In this document: positions 38,001 to 50,000 of the stretch, piece by piece | Layout: every line of letters starts with the position of its first letter | How positions within the stretch are numbered: the stretch's first letter is position 1 | Source: Gordius albopunctatus | Lineage: Eukaryota | Assembly (NCBI GenBank): GCA_964276515.1 | Contig: OZ193910.1 | Span: 3,596,001 to 3,660,000 of the forward strand | Direction: 5' to 3' | DNA: 64,000 nucleotides | The notes under the pieces: generated by a model | Seen by the model: the letters and a program-made list of their open reading frames with translations, nothing else | Told to the model about the DNA's origin: nothing | Databases searched by the model: none | Made by a program: the position numbers and the translations under genes

Positions 38001-41000
38001 GGGAACAATACTCCCATCACTTCAAAAGTCAATGAGATTTAAATCTCAATGTTAGAGTTGTTTGTAAAAACGGCTGGATTTCATTTGGTCGACATTTGGT
38101 TTTAGACGACTAAACCCAACCAGACCATAGTTTTTTGGGGTCTGTTTTTCTTGGGCGACGACTAGGCTTAGTCAAAATTTTAAAATCACGCCAGAGTTGA
38201 CCAAACAAAACCACGTCTTTTTGCAACACTACTTAATCCATTTTAAATAAGAAGTATCAAAAAAATTAACTACTACCTCTGTGACATTTTGTTACTAAGG
38301 CGCTAGTGTTAATCTCTATTTCAAATTACGATTAATTCATAGCATAACGCTTTGTAAAGCATAAGAAATAAGTTGTAACGATAATGAAAAATACTATTAA
38401 ATTTCGATTGCGACTCATAGAACATAAAGGATTCGTGAATCATAAAAATTCTCACATTTTTACGTTTTTGCCATCAATTTTTTTAACTAACGAGAACGAT
38501 AAAAAAGGTAGAGCCTTTTTTTAAAAAAAGGTGAAGTCACGTCTGTTGGAAAAACCTTGTTTACATCTTATACTTATGGTACCATAGGACATTTTTGTAG
38601 TTAGTAAAAACGTATTGTCATTTCTAAACCATTTATTATTATTTTATTTTTTGTTGAAATCTATTTAAAAATAAATGTTTCCACTACTTTTCAACAAAAG
38701 CTAAAACTATTTTCCAGGAAAAATCTAAATTTCTTTAAATATTACACTCTGGGACGGTGTGTTGAGGGCTGAAATGAGTTTCGTAAATATGGATTCGATC
38801 CTAGGATCTCCGGCACCAATATTTTTGGCCAAATGTCCGAGCAAAATGACGAGGCCACGTCTCATATCGTCGTATTCCGCTGACAACGGTGCTTCCAATA
38901 ATTTTTTATCTGCCGCCTCCACAAATTTATCACCCAAAATTACCTACATAAATATAGATAGCTTAAACGATTAAATATTGTAAACATCACAAAAATGATT
39001 TAGACAGTGTAAATAATTTTTTTTGGTGGGTAATCGATTTTTGAGATGGTATTAAATTATAAGTTATATATATATAAATTCATAGAGCAACGAAATATTA
39101 AGTTTAAATTTATTTTTTCCCCATTTTTTTCAATTAATTATTTTATTTTATTTTTTAAAAGACAATAATTTTTTTATTAAATGGTTCATTTATTCGGTTA
39201 AATTTTTTTTAACGTTTTCGGTCGGCCCGAGTTGAAAAGGAGTCCCCCGACACTGAAAATTATACAGCTAATAATATTGTAAATCTAGGATTCTAGGGTT
39301 AGAGGGAAAAGCAACATATCATCTATGGAAATGAAAATGCTAAGATGGCTATTAGGGGTAAGCAAGAAGGAACAAAAAGGCAAAGATTATAAAATAGGAG
39401 GATCCTACGTACAACAACTATGGAGACGAAGCTATGGTGAATACACTAATATTGTATGGTCATGAAGAGAGACTAGAGCGGGCTGAAAAGAAATTTGAGA
39501 AGATAAAATTTGGTGGGAAAATCAAATGGAATCACATTATAAGGCAGGCATGTTGTGAAGACAAGGAATGTTAAAGGGAGTAATCACCGAAATAGTGGTG
39601 ACAAACACAATTGTAGGGGAAATGATATATTTGGTTGGTAGTAAGACTTTACATTTTCGTCGGCCATTTTAATTATGGCAAGTGCAGCCTTCAGCATGAG
39701 ATCCTGCGTCTCATCATCTCTATCTCTGAGCCCGTAGCCTATGATGAAGGAAAATAGCTTGAAAATGAGCGTATCCGTTTTTAGTCGAGCTTCGAGGTCG
39801 GTCACTAAGTGTGCTATTATTGTGGCTAAACAGCGACGAGCATTGAAATCATCCTGTACCAAAATCCCCAACGATCTCCCAAATTCATCGTATTGAGCGG
39901 GCAAAGGCTTAAAAATTGGTTGAAAAAATTATCAAAAAAAACTGTACGATTAATTTTTTACCCAGTTTTTATGGTTGTTTCCGTTTAAATTAGCTAGTTG
40001 TGATTTAAACATGCGCGCAACATACTTTTAGACGCGCATTCTCTGCCAGATTATCAAGATTACTTTCAAATATTAAAGTAAATCCAATTTTAAAATTTGC
40101 AAACATTAGCGAGAGGGTCGCGTTATTTAATTGCGACCAAAAAGCCACAGGGTTTGGTCGTTCTACTTAACCAAGACCAATGTATATGAGATAACAAAAA
40201 AAGATTTTATCAAATAGTATGCCTCCAACATAACTAATAGAATTATAATCACCGCTCTTATATCTTTTGTTACCTTAAAATCAGTAACAACAGCTAGGAG
40301 GCTTATTTAACAAAGCGAGCCATAGACCTGCCATAAACTTAAACTTAAGCGTATCAAGAACCTTGCCAATAGGGTGACCCCACCAGTAACAAACATAAAA
40401 AGTGTGTTTGGCTACCAAGGGTATAGCTTCTTGGATCACGAGAGTACACAAGCTCAACCACCACTACAAGGTATTTCTGGCTCGGTTGAGGAGAGCATAA
40501 ACTCATAGCTAATGCACTCGAAATATTTTATTTTTTATCATAAAACTTTGCTAGAACTAAGTTAAATTTGTGCTATGATCTTTGACAAATGCCTGTTTTT
40601 ACCTTGTGCTTTTCTTGGTACAGGGTAATTATGAGGTCGGCACAGGGCTCAATCTGTTGGGGGCAAGAGGTGTTTAGGTAGTTGGCGATGGATTGCCCAC
40701 AAAATGCGTGCATGAAATCCGGAGTGGTTGTAGCGTAGGAGACGAGATCTTGAGAAAATTTGGGTGATGATTTGACTTTGCACTCTTGCCATACTCTGCG
40801 CGTGAAGGCATTCAAAGATTTATAATTACTTTTTGTCAACATCTAAATTTGGTTCAATCCAATATAAAGTTTTGTATTATGGGATATAAAAATAAACCTG
40901 AGATAAGGCGACCCTTGTACAATATCAAATGAGTTTAGATAAAATGGATTATAAAACCCATCAATTGCGTAGCAATTAATCATTTAACATAACATTTTTG

Positions 41001-44000
41001 TATACTCCAAACAATTTTTAAGATAAATTGATAATTAAAAAGCGATTTATTTATGCACAGAAAAATGCTTTTAAAAGCACATTGGATAAAAAAATAATTT
41101 TTATTGACATTTGGGATATATTTAAAATGTTATTAATGAAACAATCTTAGAAAAATTTGATCCCTATAAGATTTTAAATGATTTATTAAGGTGTCTTTTA
41201 TCAAAATCTCGACTGTTTGGCTCCAGATTTTCAAAAATGCAGGTTATAAATCGTGTTTTAAAAGCGGCTGGATTCTATTTGGTCGGCCTGGGGTTTTAGT
41301 CGAGTAAACATATACAGAGAGACCAAAGATCTTTAGTCTATTTTTCTTAGCCCCCTTCTTAATACAGGAATCAACCTCAAAGCGCCATATTTTTCCCCTC
41401 CAAAAATTGGCGATGTAAATGTCGTGTACGTAGAATCAGCCTTTTTAGTTGAGTTACCATGTCAATATGCATTGGTGAGCGTAATTAAATGAAGAAAATT
41501 GCAATTACCATTTGTAAATACAATTCAATCGCGATATATGAATGTTTTCCTCATATTTATAGTAATGTATAATCAACTTATATACCTTTAAAAAAATTAT
41601 AAATTATAAAAAAAAATTAAATGATAAATATTTGTTTTACGAGCAAAAACACATCAAAAACAACGTGACGCTCCTCGTACTAGGACCTGGAGTTATGTTT
41701 TTACATTAATTCCCTTTTAATCTAGATTCAAAATCGCATCTTAAGACAGGTAGTCTCGAAATTTTACAAACAGGTCAGTGTCTACCGTTAGTCTTAGTTG
41801 AGCCAACGGTGAACCGAGCAAAACCCAGGCGTTTTTACCACAATAGTTGCAATTATTCAATTAAAATTATATTCTTTTAGCTACACACATAAAACATAAA
41901 ATGGTAGAAGAGCGAAATTTTAGATCCAAAATGCTCGATTAACGTCGGTCAAATTAGTGACATTTATCGCAACTTGGGTTTTTCCTATTCAAATGTGATT
42001 GTGTAGAGATTTTGTTCATGGTAAAGCTTGGGCGCTCATACCCTTTTTACAACAAATTTTTACACCGTTGTAGTGACATTTTACAACCTAACTCTGACCC
42101 GACCAGCAAAAAGCGCTGATTCTCGCCCCCACAACTTTATAAAATGGTTGTCATTTATTAATAAGATCCACGAAGAAATAATAACTCTTAATTAATACAT
42201 TTAAAACCTCAATTATAAAATTTTAAAGCCCAAAACCACTAATTTTCATATAATTTAAATTGAGCGAGTTCACATCACAGCATATAGACAAGTGTTGTAA
42301 AAACGGCTGGATTTGAACTAAAAACAAAGATAAAGCAAACTATACCCAGTCGTTTTTACAACACCACTATAGAGTACATACCTATCTGCAAGGAATTTAC
42401 AATTTTGAGCAGAGTCAAATTTTTCGATCCATAGAAAGCAAGTTAAATCTTGCCAAATCCTTTCCGCTTTAGCATCTGCCGTAGCGGAGGAGGTCGAACG
42501 TTGTTGATTTTTAAAGTGCCAAGCCAAACAATCTTTGTACGAGGCTAATAACGACAAACAAATCTCACGGACCTTGGGGTGCGGGGACAAGCTGTTCTTC
42601 AATATTAACTAAAGTCGCGAATCAAATATATAAAAATATAAATACAATAAAGTATATCTAGAACTTTAGTTTATAAAAAAAATTCAAAATTTGGAGGATC
42701 GAAGTACACACTATTGTTGTAAAAACAGCAGGGTTATGTTTGGTCTACCTCTGGGTTTAGTCGAAATTTGGAAAAAAAGGCCAGAATGGACCGTTAGTCT
42801 TTATGGAACCAAATTTCGACAAAACAAAACCCAGTCGTTTTAACAACACTAGCACACATTAACAATTTAATATAGGGCATAGTTTATGGTTAAATTCAAC
42901 GTCTCGAGAATGAAAATAAAACAATTGATTGACAGATATAGTTAAAAAAGGAATATTTAATAAAAGGTTCATATAAATAAATGACAGTTTGTATATAAAA
43001 TATAAGAAAATATAATTTGAATCGTTTGACTAATTGTTACCCAAAATAAGAGGCTATTATAACTAAGATCATTACACATTTCAACAAAAAAATAATCAAT
43101 TTTACAACCCTTAATTAAATAATAATCATTAAAATTACCTAAATATGCGTTAAATTGCAAGCAAGTTTTAAAATTAAAAAGTACCGAAATTTCTTCCAAA
43201 GTATTTTTCGTGGTCTCGGCAACAGCGTGTACTGCATTAAAGTCCACCAGAAGGCGCAGCAGTTGATGAGCCAATTGGTCCATATTATCGTAGCCCAAAG
43301 CTATAAAATGAGCGATAGAGTTGTTTAATTTATACTATAAAAAATAGTTTGTAATTTCACCGCAAATTCAACCACCATTTGCGGACTCAAAATAAAATGC
43401 GTGGTCGATCTTGGGGTTAGTCCAAATTTGGAAACCAGACCAGAATGGACCGTTAATCTTTATGGAACCAAATGTCGACAAAACAAAACTCAGCCTTTTT
43501 ACGACACTACTGTGTATAGCCAATGAAGGTCTAGAGAGTATGGGACATTTTACTTTAAAAAATAGAGCAAATAGCGACCGTTAGAAACTTTCCACAAATC
43601 TACGATCAATTTTATAAATCCCGGGTTTTCTGTTCTTAGCTAGCGAGGGAGGATTAAATCTTTATCGGTATAAAATTTTCCAAAACTTTACTCAATCACA
43701 GTTGGTGCGTGTGGAATTAGTAGAAAGGCATCAAATGAATCCTTGTTCAAATCCAGCTAACATTTTTCTTTGATTTCATTCATCACTTAAAAAAAGCAAT
43801 CTCACGTAATATATATAGGAGGCCAGCTAACTCGAACTCGACCAGCAAAAAGCGCTGATTTTTGCCCCCACAACTTTATAAAGTCGTTGTCATTTATTAA
43901 TAAGATCCATGAAGAAATAACTCTTAATTAATACATTAAAAACCTCAATTATAAAATTTTAAAGCGCAAAACCACTAATTTTCATATAATTTAAATTAAG

Positions 44001-47000
44001 TGAGTTCACAGCATATTGACAAGTGTTGTAAAAACAACTGTGTTTTGTTTGGTAGCCCTTTGGAGTTTTTTGGTCTCTTTTTATTAGTTGACCCCTGGGC
44101 TTAGTCGAAATTTGAAAGCCAGACCAGAAGCGACCGTTCTTCTAAGTTGAGCCAAAGACCGGCCTAACAAAGCCTAGCCGTTTTTAGAGCATTAATATAG
44201 GCTGGCTCAGCGCAGTACTCAATAACCGAACCGGACACAGGCATTATCGCTGTCCAGAACTATTATCAATTTTTTAGAAATGATCAAAGGCTAAGAAAAA
44301 TAAACATATTACAAATAAATCCAAAAAATAACTTCTTTTTTTGCAACTAACCCATAATTTTAAAGGCTATTTGAAGCAGTCTAAGACGTGGTAATATCTT
44401 AGGTTTGTAACGATAATTTTTCTCTTGGCCCACAGCGTCCGCTGTCCATATTCCAGGTTCGAGGTATTTGATCAGAGCTTTAACGTAAGCTTCAACCATC
44501 GGCATTATATTGTCATTGTTCCTAAAGCACTCTTTTTCCAAAACTAAGTGCCGCGCGTCGTCCAACATAAAATAGGACAAATCCAATATAGCAGAATGAG
44601 ATCCGGGACAATCCTCTGATTCCTGAAGTTATGTGTAATACAAGATTAATAACTACATCTTGCATGGGCGTAGCCAAGGGGGCAGGGAGGGGCGGCTGCC
44701 CCCTCTAAATCCAAAAGTTCGTTAAAATTTATTAAAATTATGGCTAAAATTTCGATGCCTCTTCCTAAATCATTGTTGCCCCCCCCTCTAATTCCAATGC
44801 TCAGTACGCCCATTCTTAAATTTTTGAAGAGTCCTTTATTGATGACATTTAAGAGTGAGTCATTATGCAATTAAAATAAATAGATGACAATTTAATAGAT
44901 AAGTAAGGTAGTACAGTCAAAACCGTTTAATTGCAAAGCCTTGGGCCTCAAAAAATTGCGATTAAACGATGGAAGAAGAGAAAACATCAAAAGACACATA
45001 GTAAATATTCATTTCTTACGATTCGCAATAAAACGATATTTTATATAATTGTATGGTTGATTTAAGGACTGTAAAATGTTTGTGAATATCCGATATTGTA
45101 TTATTAAGCGATTTGTCAATAAACGATGTTTTTTTAATATTATCGTTTGGAAAAAACAAAACTCGGGCCTTCGGCCCTCGTGGGAAGGGGGAGGGGGGAA
45201 GGGGAGGAGGGGAAGTGGGGAGGGAGGTGCAGGAGGGTAGGGGGAACGACTCATCTATACTCCGTATAAAATTAGCATATTTGCTATGCAATTTATGGGC
45301 GAGAAAGGTAAGAAGGGGCGAAAATGTCTATAGTGGGGTATTAAATGCAAAATGATTAGTTAATTATTAATACAAATTTTCCATTTAATTAAAAAATTTT
45401 TTGTCCTCTCCGGGATTTAAACCCACATCAGTAGAGGCATAAGCTTTTCTAGGGGAACAGGGACCCATATGAATGAAGCATAGGCCCTTGTAGGGGAGGG
45501 CTTGGGGTCATTATCAATGTTAAGCTAATCAGAAACAAAAAAAAATTTTCGAATCACAATTTCGTTAATGGTCATTTTTTTCATCGGTCAGTAGCCAGCG
45601 GACGGTCAAAAAGTCATATTATCAATGGTATTAACAAGAATAAAATTTAAATTTAATTAAAAAAATAAAAATTTTGCCCTCTCCGGGATTCGAACCAGCA
45701 AGTCAGAACGTGTTGTAGTGGTGGAGTTTAGGATTACCATGAATCGGCATACCCTCGGTATATGCAGTATCGATTAATTTTGGGGTTTACTCTACCGCGC
45801 CTATATTATAAAGGAGAGAGAGGGAGTGGAAGGTTAGGCTTTCTGATTGGTTGTTTTTTATAAATTATCAAGGTCACCAACACCACAACATAACCTATTT
45901 TTGGGTTGTGGATAAGAACTCGCGGATGATTATCTGCCGTCATCAAGTTAATAAATAAATTAAATAAATAAACATAGCAATTAATAAATAAATAAAGTAT
46001 AATCATATTAGATTAATCCTATAAATAATTATAGGATTGCATATAGGCATATAATACATGTCGGGTGGGAAGTTTTATCTCGCTGGCAGCATGTGCGGTG
46101 ATAAAATAATAACAACATACATGACATAGCAATTAAAGGCAGTTGCTGCTATAACCCAGTGGCGTAAATAAAGGGGGAGGGAAAAATAGTTAATAAGGTT
46201 TAAATGTATATATCGCTCGCATTCAGCAAATAAGCTTGGCTTGAGAGTATGTTTTTGGGGGACATTAATTAGGGTTAATAAATAACCTATCAAAATTAAT
46301 TTAGCGATAACAAATATTATTTTTTTAATTTGAAAAGATGCCTAACATTGAGATATATGTATTTATTAAATTACTATTAAATAAAAAATTTTATGATATT
46401 TCTAGCTGTCTCGACATTTTCATCTTCGAAATTGAGGGAGTCAGTTTGTGAAGCATAATACTTCTCTAAATCTTTAACAAATTTTGGGTGAACCGTAAAT
46501 TTATTGTCTAAAAACATTTTAGTGACCCAAGCAATTGTAGTAGATGCTTCGTAATCTTTGCAACTCTGAGGGGGGGAGGAGGAAAGTCGACGTTTCAGAT
46601 CATTACAACGGTCTATAAATACATACGAGTCAAAAAAACGAGAATTGGCCAATGCTCATTTTTTTCCATTGGTCAGTACCCAGAGATGGTCTATAAATAC
46701 ATACGAGTCAAAAAAAAACAAAAAAAATTTCGATTCACATTTTGGCCAATGGTCATTTTTTTCCATTGGTCAGTACCAACAGATACTCTATAAAAAACGG
46801 GAAAATTTTTTTTGATGCTCACTTTGGCCAATGGTCAATTTTTCCATTGGTCAGCAGCCAGCGGACGGCCAAAAAGTCATATTATAAATGGTATTAAGAG
46901 GAACAATCATAAAAGTCAAAAAAAAAACAGAAAAAAAAAATTTCGATTCACAATTTAGCCAATGGTCATTTTTTCAATTGGTCAGTAACCTGCGGACGGT

Positions 47001-50000
47001 CAAAAAGTCATATTATCAATGGTAGTAACGAGAACAATATATCAATTTAATTTAAAAAAAAATAAAAATTTTTGTGCTCTCCGGGATTCGAACCCACATT
47101 AATAGAGGCATAAGCTTTTGTAGGGGCACAGGGACCCATATCAGTAGAGGCATAGGGTAATTATCAATGTCAAACTATTCAAAAACAAAAATTAAAAATT
47201 TCGATTTATTTAGCCAGTGGTCATTTTTTTTTCACTGGTCAGTAGCCTGCGGACGGTCAAAAAGTCATATTATCAATGGTATTATCAAGAACAAAATATT
47301 AATTTAATTTTAAAAAAAAATAAAAAAATTTTGTCCTCTCCGGGTCTCGAACCCGCAACCTCCAGGTCGGGAGGCTGGTGTAAATAACTTGGTGGACGAC
47401 GGACGGACGACGGACAACCAAAAACGAGCCCATAAATTGCATAGCAATTAAAATGGTGGTTAACTTTGCGATTAAAAGATTTCGCGATAATCCGATTTGC
47501 GATTAAGAATTTTCGACTGTATATTCGATGTTTTTGTCGTGAAAGTTGTTTTCGTATATAATGCGTTTGTTAAATTATTTTCGCAATATTTTGCAATCAA
47601 TAAAAATAGTTAAATTTTAATGTAAATGAAATTAAAGTATACGCCATTTTCATATAAGGATATGATAAAGTACCAAATGGTCGTTTAATAGCTAACACTT
47701 TAGGTAATCGAAAAACATTAAAAATATGTGAAAGGTATTAAAAAACAAAAAAATATTTAATTACGAAATGTCTGCCATGATATTAGTCTAAGATCTGTAA
47801 ATAACAGGTTATACAAAATAAAACTCTAAATTACTTTGTAAATTATTGCATTAATTTGGCCAACCAAGCTTGACAGTGTTGAGAAATCATCGTTGGGAGA
47901 TAATGTAAAATCTGACAGGCCAGAGCCATCTGAATTCGCGCTATTCACGGCAATAACAACAGTTGCCATCTTACAACCTATGTATAATCAACAAAATCTT
48001 TGTTTAAATATATGATAATTCCAATTTCGCCTAATTTTATGGACTTATTATATAATGAAAAAAAATCGTTGATTTAATTATATATTTAATTCCATCTATT
48101 ATATCGTATCAAGCCATTTAACGGATGACTTTGTCATTCATAAATCATAATCCATAGCCAAGGTGAGTGTTACTCTGCGGACGTGAGAAGTGGGCATTAA
48201 ACAGCACGGAAGGAAAGCTATTACAATCCACGGAGAGGAGAATGATAGGGTGGAGCTTGGGGTATACTAAGCTCGACCACATGACGAATGACTTTCTCGT
48301 GACAAAAATGGGTATTCAACCTATGGCCGACATGATTAACGAAAATCGGCTAAGGTGATATGAGGGGCATATACTAAGAAGGGACCCGGATGACGTAAAT
48401 TGAAAAGTGCTAGACATGGAGGTACCGGGGAAGAGAGGAAGAGGACGACCCCCTCGTGTCACGTGGAAAGGGCAATTTGTAAGGAGATTAAATATGAAAG
48501 CCAGAACTATCGCGTCCCATTTCCCTCCTCTTCTACCTACGTTATCAATCCAACCCCACCGATTTTATACAATGACATTCATATTAATGGATTATGTATA
48601 TTATATTAATCAAGGCGTAGTACTTACCCGATTAAGATGGAAAATACTCGTAAAGAAAGAAACGGGAAGATATTTTAGAAGAAATAATAATTATTATTTT
48701 TTTTAATTCTTATTAAGTAAATACACTATTTTGGAACACAAATTATCGAAGGTGTATAAAATTTATGAAACTCATATTTAATCGACATTACCCAAGGAGA
48801 AATGCTTTTTAGACGCGATTAGTTGGCCCATTTGGTACAACAGAGGTTTGACGTATTTAGAAGTTAATGGATTTGTCTGTAGATGCCACACGAAACACGA
48901 TGTTAAATCGTCGAAGAAGCGAGCTAATTGTTGAAACTCACAAGACTGCTGCGCGGTAAATATAGACGCGATGAGGTGCGCTTTGAACTTGAATTCTTCC
49001 AAATCCTAAATTAATATTTGCAATTATAAAATATTTGCAATTTTAGATTGAAAGAACAACTATTTTCACATGTGCAAAACGCGTATATTACTAAAAATAC
49101 ATAAAAACTTGAAGCTCTTGATTACGTGAATTATTATGAGAAATATTAAATAGCATTTATTACGAGATAATAAGGTAAATGCAATCATAAAAAATGGGAA
49201 TTTAACTTATATACTTATATGGGAAAACAATGATAATTCACACATAAGAAATGTCTTTAAAAATTAATTGCTTATAGCATTTCAAACAAACAATAAAAAC
49301 AAATCTAAGCGTGCCTCTTAAAATGCAATTTTGAAGCTAAGCAAGGAAAAATAGCAAATATTGTTAAGAAAGACTAGAGGTGTGCATGGATCATATTTTT
49401 TTGATCCGATCCGATCCGAGGGGTTTTTGAAAAATTTCATATCCATCCGATCCGTCATGTCGGATCGGATTGATCCGTGCACACCTCTAGTGTGTATTAG
49501 AGGTGTGCATGGATCATATTTTTTTGATCCGATCCGATCCGAGGGCTTTTTGAAAAATTTCATATCCATCCGATCCGATCCGAGTTTTTTAAAATCTAAA
49601 TCCGATCCGAGTTTTGAAGGTCGGATCGGATTGATCCGTGCACACCTCTAAGAAAGACATAGCTCAAGAAGCGCGTCACTTCGTTTGGGAAGATTTATTG
49701 TATCGACTCGAGGGCGATTAGCGAGACGCAAAATTTTCAAACTATAATAAACTAATAAAACTATCAAATTCGCCAATAGCTGTTTTCACGAACCAAAACA
49801 AATAGCGCGTATGAAATTGAATCGCGCATTACAGCCTAAAACGATGTTTTAATTAGAAAAAAACATTTGAGTCGCCAAATGCTTATTCTAATATAATTTT
49901 GAGATGATTTTTACAACTTTTTTTTTTATAAATTATGAAACGGTCTCTTAACAAACAAAATAATTTAATACGCAAAATTACAATAAATTTCTACTATCTA

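Larger units (their letters stand above)
44914..47519. mobile_element. Tc1/mariner-type (pogo/Tigger-like) MITE split by a nested element
   Basis: Left TIR CAGTCAAAACCGTTTAATTGCAAA, right TIR TTTGCGATTAAGAATTTTCGACTG, with TA on both sides (44912-44913 and 47520-47521). Confidence 0.7.

Noticed and set aside
40340..40520. Possible RTE 5' UTR or HDV-like ribozyme
   Set aside because: Only a vague motif resemblance, and no pseudoknot could be built by eye.
47335..47385. tRNA gene
   Set aside because: Only a 3'-half/T-arm-like piece inside a repeat, with no D-arm or acceptor stem.
49375..49650. CRISPR-like or coding repeat (ORFs 49318-49569 and 49361-49651)
   Set aside because: There are no unique spacers or cas genes. 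TIRs and the 8-bp TSD show it is a MITE dimer, and the ORFs are incidental.
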